From assembly GCA_004764695.1 (NCBI GenBank), contig SMSO01000032.1:3504483-3568482 (forward strand): 64,000 nt of DNA, written 5' to 3'. Under the pieces are notes generated by a model that was not told the origin of the DNA, ran no database searches, and saw nothing but the letters and a program-made list of their open reading frames with translations. Positions 29,950-41,800 of this stretch are shown piece by piece; positions within the stretch are counted from its first letter, which is position 1, and the number at the start of each line of letters is the position of its first letter. The position numbers and the translations under genes were made by a program. This DNA is from Schizochytrium sp. TIO01 (Eukaryota; Protista; Bigyra: Labyrinthulomycetes).

Positions 29950-32900
29950 AAAGCAATGGGGTGGAGTCATTTGCGTAAGAGAGTTCAATTGAAATGATGA
30001 GGCTTTTGTTTCCAAGTCTGAGCAACAGCGATTTGTAGAGAGGTCACATGCATGCAAGTGGCCTTGTTTGACTATGTAATGGTTTATGACAATGGTGTAT
30101 TACCGTATCGGAAAAGACGCAAGGTTTTATGGGCAAAGCTCATGGCTGTCACACTGTCCGTCAGGGTCGTTTGCGTGTCAAGAAGCTCTCATAACTGCCT
30201 TGCATGATAATGAGTTTGGAGGGGAGCTTGGATCTATATATTAGCAAGAAACGAAGCTCTTGCCTTCGGAGAGACTGTAATAATCTTCCAGACATTTCGA
30301 GAGTTTCATTTGTGGGGATTCGAGGCTTTATTGAACACTGGAGTTGCTACCGGTTCAGCTTCAATGAATAGAATTTTAACAATGCGCCTTACATGAATAT
30401 CTTGTATTTATAAATATATTTTTGAATGGTTGTCACCGATATCTTTAAATTGGTACAGCCCCCAGCTTGTATTTCTTTTTGGGGGGGGGAGTTGGTATCT
30501 ACTTTATACGAGACAAGATTAACTGGAGCATAGAGTACATAGGTTAGCTAAGTAGCGATGATCCACTTTCCCCTACGCTTGAATTAAGTTTGGTTTGTAT
30601 ATAATTCATGGGAAGTCATCAGCCTTAACTGTTTTTTTTTTTAATTAAGCTCAAGATGGTATTAGGAAGCAGCTGAGGGCAGCACTGAATAATAACGGCC
30701 CAAGTAGACCCAAAGGTTTGCAGAGAAGCACTCATTAATCACACGTCTCCCTCCCAAACAGATTGCCAGAAGAATTATGCGTTTGTTTGTTTTTAAAAGC
30801 TGCATTTAATTTTATGATACCTATGCATCTGTGAGGCTCAGGACGTTTGCCAAGCCTCAACAGATCCACAAACTTTAGGGTCAGATAGTTTTGAGTAAGA
30901 TTGTATATATATCTAAACTTCTGTTCGGAACGGTGCATTACATCTTGCGTGACTTCGTCATTTGACAACGCCTCAAGTTTAAATCGGCCCAAGTTTAATA
31001 AGTCAGGTGCCGAGCTTCAAGTCGACCCAGCTGGGGCTATGTGCGTCACAAAAGGAAACATGTGAAGGACATAATGTCTATTTGAAGTGCTCGTAAGAGT
31101 TAGTAAAATGCCGGGGACTAGTAGACATGAATTTAATGGTAAAATACTGATTTAGGATAAAGTAATAGTGAGGGGGTGTAATATGTTAAAGTGTATATAT
31201 AGCTTTGATGACTGAGTTCCGTCTTCTGATGTGATATCACTTCGCATGGTCTGATTGATTAGTTCGCGTGGCCTTCGGACTCTTTCTCTCTATAATATTC
31301 CAACAATGTCTTAATTTCTTCTTCTTCCCCTGGAGAAGACTGCAGCATCCCAGGATTTAGAGTACTTTCGAAAAATGGATAACTCGGGGAAGCGGTGAAT
31401 CGAAATTTCAAGTTTTATTCATAAGCGAACTCATACCCATGTGAGATTTTTAGTCTCTCTCTAGAAACAGTATCAATATTTTTAAAAGGTTTGAAGGTCC
31501 ACTTTGACTGCTGTTGTGCATGTGCGAGAAGCCATGCAAAACTCTCAATTGGCCTCACCGATATCCACAATTTATCAAATAACAACTATTGATTGATCTA
31601 AAGGAATGATCAGAATTTTGATTCGAATACCCTCAGTATAAAGTTATTGATGCTTTATCTAAACTATTGAACTGAAGCTGCTGTGCACGGCCAGACATTA
31701 TAATCGCACCCTACAGATTTTTGCTCAAAAGTAAGTCTTTAGAACATCTTTCCATTAAGAATACGAACTAAAACCAAAACATGTTGGGAGTGTGAGTATT
31801 TAAGAAGACAGGTCGCCATACAAACCTACGACTATCCTTTTTATTTTCTTGCTTATGTATTTAACGTGTCATGCAGATGAAAGTGGTGACGATTACTTCA
31901 CCTCCGGAAACTTATACATGGAAATGCATGCACATTCCCGAGAATGTCTCAATGTTTAAAGACTTACAGCACACTTAAGGACACCTACTGAATTCCGTCC
32001 ATGTGTATTGGGTTCTTAAGTCATTCTCAGTATTTTGGTGAGTTGAGAAGCTTGTTTGGTCTAAAAAACAATCGAGGGCGGCTTGTTAAAAATGTGTATA
32101 GTTTGTGGAGGCTCATTTACGATGATTTAAATGCAACAGTAGTTTGATGGTCTTCGATATCCAGACCATTGGTTGAACAGAGTTTAAATATCCACAGTTC
32201 ATACCATATAAATGAATCTTTGGCTCAATCTATTTGAGGCTTCAAGTTAAGCAAGTCTCGAAATTTGAAGAACTTAACTTGATTTTGTACACGTCTAAGG
32301 TCCAAGCCTCCTTTTGAAAATTTCATCACTTTTACGTCTTCTTTAATGTCTCGCAGTTCATCGCAATTCGGGCAAGCAATAGTTCAAGTTGTCCTCCGTT
32401 CATTAAACCTGGGTGACCATTATAGCAAACATTTCATATCGAACATAATATACAATTTTCAAATCAATGATATTGTCTCAGAGTAGTACCGCTATGATGA
32501 TCAAATTAACAAATTGAAACCGCATTAATATGCTTTGTGAGAAAATAACGTGGCTATACAACATCTCTTCACGAGTACTTGAGAGGCAACATTGAGTTAG
32601 TAATGTATACGTAGGATAGACAGCTCTTCATCGATTAATGGATTACTCTCATATCAATACTCATGAGAGTTTTGATTCATTACAAGTGGACAATCTACAG
32701 GCCCAATACCAATACAGGAGATTTATTGTTCGTCATTTTCAATCGTTACCAGCATACGCAATAGCATAATGTATAATTTGCATACTTTCAAATCAACATC
32801 TGTTAAAAAAAAGAATAAGAATAAGAATAAGCTTAGGTTCTTTGCTTGCTAGTCTTGTATTTTGAAAGGAGAGAATGCGGTGCTAGTGCTTTGGGCAGAT

Positions 32901-33850
32901 TATATGGCAAGTCTTGAATCCTTTGAAATTGTTCCTGGGCTAGTTCGCAATTCCAAGTTGGAATATTTGGAGCCCGTTACATGTCATTAGAAATAAGAAG
33001 ATTTTAGACTGATCTCTTCCACAAGCAACGGAAGTTCAAACTTCGTCTTGTGTCTATATTTGTTGAATCATTTGACAGGTTTCAATTTCTTGTTTTAACC
33101 AGTCCCTGACTTGCATGTAACTAGTCTCTTGGAAAAAAGTATTATTCAAAAAAAGGATTCAACCTTTGGAATAAAGACCATGGTTGATATAATTGTGAAA
33201 CCTGTAACCATTCGCAATCATTCGGTGCGTTTGAACAACAATAGTATGTCTATAGTAGGTATGTTAACAAAGAAACACTGCATACTATTCTTAGTAACGC
33301 ACGCACGAAACGATAATATGTTTTGCTGTATTCATATCATAAAGTTCTGTTCAGTTCTTTCCACAAAAATTAGTATTAACTTCGATATGAGGAAAACTAA
33401 AAACTCTGCGACTTCCCTTTCAGTTCGTTCATTCCAAATAGTTTAGTGTAATAAACTTGAAGTCCTCAGACTTATCTCCTTTTCTTTTCTCCCTGATGGC
33501 TTGTCAAGATTTTCCAAAACAGAGATTTTCAAGACTTCTAATTAAAAATATTACAAAAACATTCTGAGCTCTATCTTAGATGGCTCCATCTTAGATGGTA
33601 AAATAGAGCAGTTGCTTAGATCTTGGGCAATTTCCTTGCTGTTATTACCCTAAAGGAAGGCTTTTGAAACGCTCTTACTGACATTTGGCGATCTTACGGC
33701 CCTAGGAAACAAGTTGTAAGTCACACGACCTTACATCAAGCACAGATGCAGTTCGTCCAAGCTTCTTGGCAGTACCTCAAGAGAGCCATTCTTACTTTTA
33801 GCTCCTTCAGACAGTTCCATCGTGTTCGTTTATGAAGTAATTCGTCCAAA
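29950..33850 (+). pseudogene. ~4 kb decayed NxLxGxIP-class LRR gene with LRR N-cap, AT-rich
   Basis: WGGVIC cap (29957-29974), RVKKL..LHDNEFGGEL (30200-30229), LPEELC, SGRLPSL (30838), LRTLSLYN (31273), SLEHLSIKNTN (31736), IPENVSMFKDLQH (31934), FGELRSL..KNN, TGPIP (32697), CNKLEVLRL..LPDGLSRFSK (33447-33517). Confidence 0.7.
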
Positions 33851-36743
33851 AGTATTCCTTCTTGGAACGACTATAAGTTTCAATATTCTGCTACCGCTGT
33901 TGTTCTTTTCCACTGCCAGTAGGTAGGGAGAACCTTTTATATTCCTGCCCCGAGTGTGCTCATCTCTGCCGCTAGAACGGCTCGAAAGTCTTGACTTGAA
34001 GCGATGCGTTCTGCCCTGCCCAAATGTGTCAGAGCTAGAGTATTTTCGAGCAGAAGAACTTGCTCTATCGCACGTGCGCTTGTTGCAGCCCTTTGCTCTG
34101 GTGAGCGAATCATAAAATTTAATTATTCAGGGCACGGCGTTTACCCTTCTGCTTCTGCGGCTGTGTTTTCCTCAGCCGCCATGGACAAAAGTCTCACCAT
34201 TCCTGACGATGAAGCCTTCGTCAACGATTTTTCATCCCTCCTGGACAACGGAGTCGTTCTGACGGTGCAGGGTGCACTCGTTCTCCCTGAGGGTCTCCCG
34301 GGGCCTCCTCGTTACCAGCCTATATATATACCAAGGTTGTTGTTGGTTCTCCAAACCTTTCGGAGCCCTCCCCTGAGCTGACCCGGCTCTCCCTTATCAC
34401 AGATTCGCATCGCTGCTGCAGCCACGAGTACCTAATAAGAAGCAGGCAAGCCAACATAAGAGGTTAGTTCCACCTGAGCTCGTGCTTCCAAGCATGCATC
34501 ACAAAGCCTCCAAGTACTTTTAGCTAACAGTGCAACTTCGGACAACGGCAATGCGACGGCAGCTTTAAGAAAAGTCATGTCTAAGCAAGGTAGAAGGTAG
34601 CGTAATGGAAATGGTGATTCCATCGGTACCATTGATCAGCTGCATTTCACGTGCAGGATACATACACCAACGGTGGCTTCGTGTCAAGAACAGCAGCTTC
34701 CGGAGCAGACGACGAGCGTGGGCGCTCGTGCCTTGCCCTCACACCATTGGCACGGCGCTCGAGTTTCTTCTGCCCAATGACGCCCTCGAAATGTCAACGG
34801 GGCTTTTCACCTTGGCGGTGGACCATTGCATTGATTTTGTTTGGCCTGTCCTGTGATTGGTGGCAATTGCAATTGCAATTGCAATTGCAGCTCCAACGAA
34901 GAAGAGTAAACTGACCTTCGAGGCAGAAATCAGCAGGACGGCGCTCAGGCTGGGCAGCAAGCAACGCATGCAACGCATGCAGCAGATTCTGACAAGACGA
35001 GACGAGTGGTGCTGCTCGTCGCGGAACTTCAAGGTGAAAATGGAAACGAAGTGAATGACATTCTTGAAAATGCCGTGGTCTCCCTTTCGCCGCCCTGCAC
35101 TAGTCATCGCATACTGCTATCAATAGGACTGCCGCTTTATTATTATCCATTCTCTTGAACACTTGTGGTCTTTCAGAAAAAAAGCAAAAAAATAAAATGC
35201 AAAGCAAAGCAAAGCAAAGCAAGAGAGGACAAAAAGAAAAAACAAAACCATGGCGTAGGCTGCTATGGCGTTTATCAAAGAGGTGAATGTTTACATTCAA
35301 GATGCGGCATGAGCGAGCAAGATCTTTGGCGTGGCAGTGCAGGCTGCTCCTCTAGAGAGGCATTGGGCGTGACGGTTGCGTTGCCTGCCGTTGCTTTCAC
35401 AGTCAGGAATAAGGATGGCCACGTGCAGTGCAGAAGTTTTGTAGTTCTGTCCTTGAGAAAAGTGCCGCCTTTATTTATATAGAAGCACAAGCTGCCTGCC
35501 GAGATTTGCGCAGCGAGTTTACATTTCAGTACGTACTACTTAGTGCGTAAAGGAAACCTTTATTTCACTTGAATTGCTTGAAGAGAACACGTACACACAG
35601 CAACACTCCAAAGCAAAACGCTGAGGTTTTGAGCAAAGCTTTGAGCAAAAAAGCAATGGAAAGGAAAAAACCAAGGCTCTGTGAGCATGACATTCATTAT
35701 TAGGGTAGGCAGGCGAGTTGTGGGTAGCACGAATTGATAAGTGCAGAAGACAAAAAGCAACCGCTCGGGAGGTACCTAGGTAGAACCATTGTGAAGGACG
35801 GGACAAGCGAAGACTGCATGCCAAGTCGAAGAAAGTACAATTTCAGGTCGTGTCGTAGGAATTAGTTTTTCAAGATGTTAGTTAGCAAAAGTTTCTGCGA
35901 AGGTTAGTTTTGTTGTGTGAGCAAAGAAAAAAAAAAATAGCATGAAGAAAAAGTAAAAGCAGATAAAGATTTTATAAATCACAAAAAAAAGTAAAAAAAG
36001 TAAAGTATTAAAGGGTGGACTCTGGTGCTCCGGGTCCGCCAACATCACAAAAACACGCTCTACCTCATCGATCAGTCTCCCTTATTCGCACGAAATCCTT
36101 GATTGCTTACATGTTTGGCGGACGCAACATCGCCTATTAAATTAATAATAATAATAATATATATATATTTTAAATTAAAAAAGCTACTTATCTTTTGTAT
36201 AAATTCTCTTTGTAAGTCATGTTTTGAAATTGAGAGAGAAAAATGAAAAAGATAGGATTCAAAAATATTTATATTTATTCCAATTTATATTTATTTATTC
36301 ATTTAATTAAAAAAGAAAAGAAAGAAAAGAAAGAGGAGAAAGAAAACTAATATACATAGGATTAGTAGGTAATAATAAGTGGTGATGTGAAACAGTTGGT
36401 AGAGAAAGCAGGAAGATCGATCGAATCATGACAACTTCTGAAATCCCAGCTTCTGCTAAACCTATGGACCGCTCGTTTCCTCTAAATCGGCGGAGCCCAC
36501 TCGCGTTCCCATCTTCCCCGTGTATTTCAATGACTGCTTCTTCAGCAACCTGAAGATGCTGACTGTCGTCTTGGAGCTGACAGCCTCTACACCATCGTTC
36601 TGCATCCAACTCGGGCATCCCAGAACACCACCATCTCGAAAGCACTCCCTCCGCCCAAATTCTGATCCTTCATGCGGCGCCGCAAGTGGGCCGAATGCCC
36701 ATTTCCTGAGCTCTTTGTGTCCACGTCCGAGAGACATGCACAA

Positions 36744-36970
36744 CACAGCACAGCACAGCATTACATTGCATTGATTGCATTACATTGCATTATTGCATTG
36801 CATTATTGCATTACATTGCATTATTGCCATTGCATTGCATTGCATTGCATTGCATTACATTACACATTGCAATGCATTGATTGATTGCATTGATTGAATT
36901 GTATTGAATTGCATTGATTGCATTGGATTGCGTTGCATTGCATGGGATTGCATTGCATGGCATTGATTCC
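36744..36970. repeat. Degenerate pentanucleotide satellite (ATTGC/ATTAC)n preceded by (CACAG)n
   Basis: About 220 nt of ATTGC variants, directly visible. Confidence 0.9.
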
Positions 36971-37836
36971 ATGCACGGGCTCAAATTGCAGCACCTTTGG
37001 ATCGACAGCGCAATTTCCGTCGACGGGTTCGACGCCTGAGCTTCTTGGCAGGCAGCGCCAGCACGGTCTCTGAGCTATGGGGACGATGCCCAGACGTTGA
37101 CTGCATTTGCCTCGCTCGAGTTCGTTCAGACTTCAGGACTGCTGCTGATTCCAGGCCTAAATCTGCCATCTGTTCCTGCGCTAGAATCGATCATTCCATG
37201 TGTCTGATGATCGTTCTCGCGCACTCGGGCGACGGCGGCGTGCGCTCGATCAGATTCTGAAAGAAGTCTGAAATCAGGAGACAGAAGTACGTTCATTCCA
37301 GACGATCTCAACCAGAGCAATCTTGCGGCGATGGAAACGGAGTTCAACCAACTCCAGTTTTCTTGGCGATCTTCTTCTTGGATTTGCGAGCAGGCCAAAA
37401 GCATCGTCGATCGCGATCCAAGTTGGTCTCGAAGAGCGCTCCTCTCTTACACCGTCTGTTCTCAATCGCTCGCTTGAGAATTGATGCATCGATTGCATTG
37501 CATCTCACTTAGACAATTATGGGTCACAGCCATGATTTTGCAGCGGTTTCCGCGAGGACGGAGTGCGGCGGAACCTCTGCTCAGACACTCGCGCACTCGC
37601 GCACGCACGCAATCAACTCACTCGCTCGTTCCCCATTCGCAGCTTCCTTCCCTTTCTTCATGCTCGTCGTTGCTCAACTGTGTCTTTTTGCGAATATCGA
37701 TCACTATGAATGATTGATTGATAAGCTTTTGGAGATTACAAAAGAAGGTGTTAGTTATTATCACTATTGTGACGACTTCTTTCTTCAAAGGAGGTAAATG
37801 CATTTTATTTCACTCAAAGTTTTTATCTCTATTATT

Positions 37837-37921
37837 ATTTTAATTAATTTTAATTAATTTTAATTAATTTTAATTTTAATTTTAATTTTAATTTTAATTT
37901 TAATTTTAATTTAGTTTTCAA

Positions 37922-37977
<56 letters not shown>

Positions 37978-37978
37978 A
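37837..37978. repeat. Compound AT-rich microsatellite (TTTTAATTAA)/(TTTTAA)n then (AAAG)n
   Basis: Directly visible. Confidence 0.9.
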
Positions 37979-38603
37979 AAAATGTAATAAAATCATTCCA
38001 AGTTATTTAACCTGCATGAACAAAAATCAAGGTTTGTAAATAAGTGCCGAGAGAATGAATGACGTAGTACAAAAAAGCACCGTTTTATTCTTGGGTCGAG
38101 TCGACCGACATGCATGCAGAATCGTCTATAGAGCCAAAAACGCCATGCATGTTGTGGCTTTTCACGACGCAAATTGCACGAAGCCCTGAACTGGAAATCC
38201 TCATTGAAATTAAAAACAAAAAACTCTCTTACCTCAGAGAAATAAATTAAAATCCTATCCGTCGTCATGGATGATAGATAGTGTTAGAGGAAGTGTGTGT
38301 GTGATCAATCAGTTAAATCCAACACGATGGGTATTAACAGACAATCCCAACTTACTTTTAACATTAAAAACCGGATCATTCACAGCAAAGGCCCATTCAC
38401 ATTCCTTACTGGCTAACTGTAGCTTGTCTTCAGGGATGCTGCCTATCTCTGATCGAGTCGAGTAGGCGTCCCAGACGCACTCCGCAAGGATTCTCAAGCA
38501 GGCCACTCGCTCAATGAACTGTGCCTGCCGCCAATGGACGCTTCTCCATCCCGGCGTGAAACCCGCTTTCGATCTATCCGTTCGTGGCATGCGTTGTCTA
38601 TAG

Positions 38604-38786
38604 CAAACAAACAAACAAACAAACAAACAAACAAACAAACAAACAAACAAACAAACAAACAAACAAACAAACAAACAAACCAATGAAACATAAACAAAAG
38701 GAACGAAATGACGAGTTGTCTGCCACATCTTCGGTTGCGATGACGATGATCTGGCACTTTGACTGATTGATTGATTACAAGATTGG

Positions 38787-38816
<30 letters not shown>
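38604..38816. repeat. Microsatellites (AAAC)n at 38604-38680 and (GATT)n at ~38762-38816
   Basis: Directly visible. Confidence 0.9.
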
Positions 38817-38819
<3 letters not shown>

Positions 38820-41800
38820 ACCATCGGGTTCTCACTGCTTTTCTGAAGCCCGACCACGCTTTGCTAATGCGATCAGCGAAGCACTCTAATGCGAAGGAAG
38901 GCACAGCAGCAGCAATCGAACAAACCATCAAACAAACGATCAAACAAACAATCAAACAGCTCATCGAACTCGAGGCACGGCACTTTCAGTGACTTGGTAC
39001 ACACCTTTGGACAAGCAGGGCGTCCGCACACCAGGTCACACAGGAGTGATTGAGACTCTGAAGATGATCTAATGTGATCAATGTAATGGCAGCCCTTCTG
39101 ACATGCACGCACGCACGCACGCACGCGAGCAAGCAAGCAAGCACGCTCGCTCGCTTACTCGCATGTGCCTGTGCTCGAGAGCAATAAGCTTGCACGCAGA
39201 CAGCCCCGTGTGCTTGCAAAGAGCAGAGGGAGGAAGGTTACGTAGTTTCTGTCCCAAGGACGCAGCCATCGTTGGGGATGGGAGTAGGAGGTAGAGCTGC
39301 TGATCTACTTACTACCACGAGCGCAAGCAAGCGCATCGACGATGATGCCGTGCAGTGCATGCATTCTCTTGGCGCGTCTCCAAGTCCTCCTTTCGGCTGG
39401 CTGGGTGGGTGGGTCCCTTGCGGGTCCCTTCCAGGTCGAGGTAGTTTGTCATCTCCGCTGATCGATGCTGCCGCCGCCGCGGGGAAGAAGATGAGCGAGA
39501 ACCGGCGGACGCAGCAAGACCACCAGCGTCCGCTTGGACTGGCCTGCTCGCCTGCCTGCCTGTGCCGTGCCTGGGACGTGCACCCTCGTCGCCCGCCGCT
39601 TCTTTGTCGCAAGCCTCAATAATCTAGTTGGCAAGCGCAGCAAAACGACACGATGCTGCTTTTGGGCGGTCTTGGGATTGATTTTGGGCTCTCGTTATTC
39701 CTGAGAGATGGATGGATAGAGAGAGAGAGAGAGAACTTTGGCACAGGAGAAAACTTTTTATTGTTATTAAGTTCTGGCGTCCAACTTTTAATTGGAATAA
39801 AACTAAAACCAGAAACACGTACGTATAAATGTTGTATTTTCTAGCAGATTTATATTTATTTAAAGAAAAAAATGTGAAAAAAGAAGAAGAGGAAAACCGT
39901 GTTTCTGTATTTTTTAGTGCGATAAAAGGTTTTCCAGCTAGGTGTTAGGTCTGCGCGCCAGGAAGGATGCTTACTCTGCCCAGATTGTCGACGCTCTTCT
40001 TGTTTGGAAAGTAAACATAAATATACGAAACCATACCAGTTTGCTTTGTATTTAATTAAAAATGATCGTATAAATCAATATTGTAAAATAAAAGTTTTAT
40101 TCTTATTATTTTAAGTACACTATACAATATAATACTAGTAGTATGGTTTTACATTAGGAAAGGTAAAACGAGATTCATTGAATGTAGTCGCTCAAAATCT
40201 GCTCAGGTGGACAGCATGTTGCTAACAAAGATGCCTCGGCCCTCACACTTAAAGAAGTCAGGGATCAGCAGCATTGGTGTTGCATGTGCAGCAAGAAAAT
40301 CTCAGAGACCAGGCACCTTGAGCAGAATTATTACGCCGTCCTTCGCAGACGATCTTGGATCTCTGCAGTTCCCAGCGCATTCCTCGCAGCACAGCACTTG
40401 CCGGAGCAGCTCAAACAAGCGGGCGAATCAAACCAAAGGATACGCCAGTGCATCATCTTTCCAAACGAAACCTTGTCAACTAGGTTGCACAACATCTTGG
40501 ACTCCGTGCCAGCTTGAATTGCAATGAATTTGCAAGAGCACGAAGCACCTCGGCTCAGCAGGCTCTGTGAAATCAGGCATTCATCTTCTGTCTGGATGAC
40601 TTCTCAAGTGCTTACCTATGCCCTGCAGCGTGAGCCTGCGCGTGCGTGCATGATTGGACCCTAGTGCAGAGGTCACCGCGAAGTAGAACTCGTGGCCATT
40701 TGGAGATTAAAAAAAGCAAAGCAAAGCAAATAGCTGCTCACCAAAATGTTTGCAATTCGACAGCTCGAAACAATGTGGCATCGGATGCCCTCCTCGCTAA
40801 TGCCAGAGCTTGGTTTGAGTAAATCTATTTGTCATATGAAGCAAATGAGCAAGAATTGTGACGAGCTAATGATAACAAATCAAGCAAGATCAAGGTGCAC
40901 AACATGGTCGCTGGCCTTGTGAACTAAACCAATCAACGTCAGAATAGCACGGATGGCCATCTCAAACCCTATCCCCACAACTCCTCGCCATCAAAAGCTG
41001 ACAGCTTCTCCCTTCCAACTTAAAATACAATCGTGGAACGCCTGAATTGCTAAGGACGCATTTACTTGCACTGCCCCGTCCATCCTTTTTTTATTTCACA
41101 AATTTCAATTCACGATCTGACTGGCAATCCTGTTTTAAAATTTTATAAATTAAAAACACTTTTAGAAAATTATAAATTAAAAATCGCTTCTTTTCAGTAT
41201 TATATATATGAACTACATCAATAAAATAGCAGCTTCCATACTATGATAGTTGGAGAAAGGAGAGCGTCACTGCGAGTGGTCTCGCCAAAGTCTTTCACAT
41301 TATGCCGTGAAGCGAAGATGCCAAGCACATGAGCAAATGGGCAAGTGAACAAATAAGCAAGTAAGCCAATACGCAAGCCTCTCGATCGGCGCTTGTGGCC
41401 GCAATGCAAAGCGCTTCGAGCCTCCCGAGCGCCTTTCTCCAATGCCTGGAGGCCTCAGAGGGGCAGCGCTAAGCTTCGATCCTCAAGCCCAATTTCTGCT
41501 TCAGGAAGGGAGTGCTCCTTAGCATCTGCTACATAGTACCAGTAACCAGCTATCCATAGTTGTAGTAGGAGGGGAGTGCTAGATGACGCTACGCTATATA
41601 TGACTTTCGAGACCGGAATCAACCTACAACTAAGGGCCAAAGAGAGTGAGTAATAAGAGGAAAGTGCACACCCTCGAGGCGCTTCGAGGCGCTTTGAGAC
41701 AAGCAGAGGGCACGAAGTGAGGCAGTCTGAGGGCGCAAGAGCAGGCTCGAGATGCGCCGCTTCGAGATGCGACTCTCTGCACCACAGTTTCAAGCAGATA

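Noticed and set aside
30185-30235. EALITALHDNEFGGELG resembles the Ty3/gypsy integrase H-x-GGH zinc region
   Set aside because: No WP, CxxC or DDE core downstream; reads better as LRR LxLHDNxFxGxL following the WGGVIC cap
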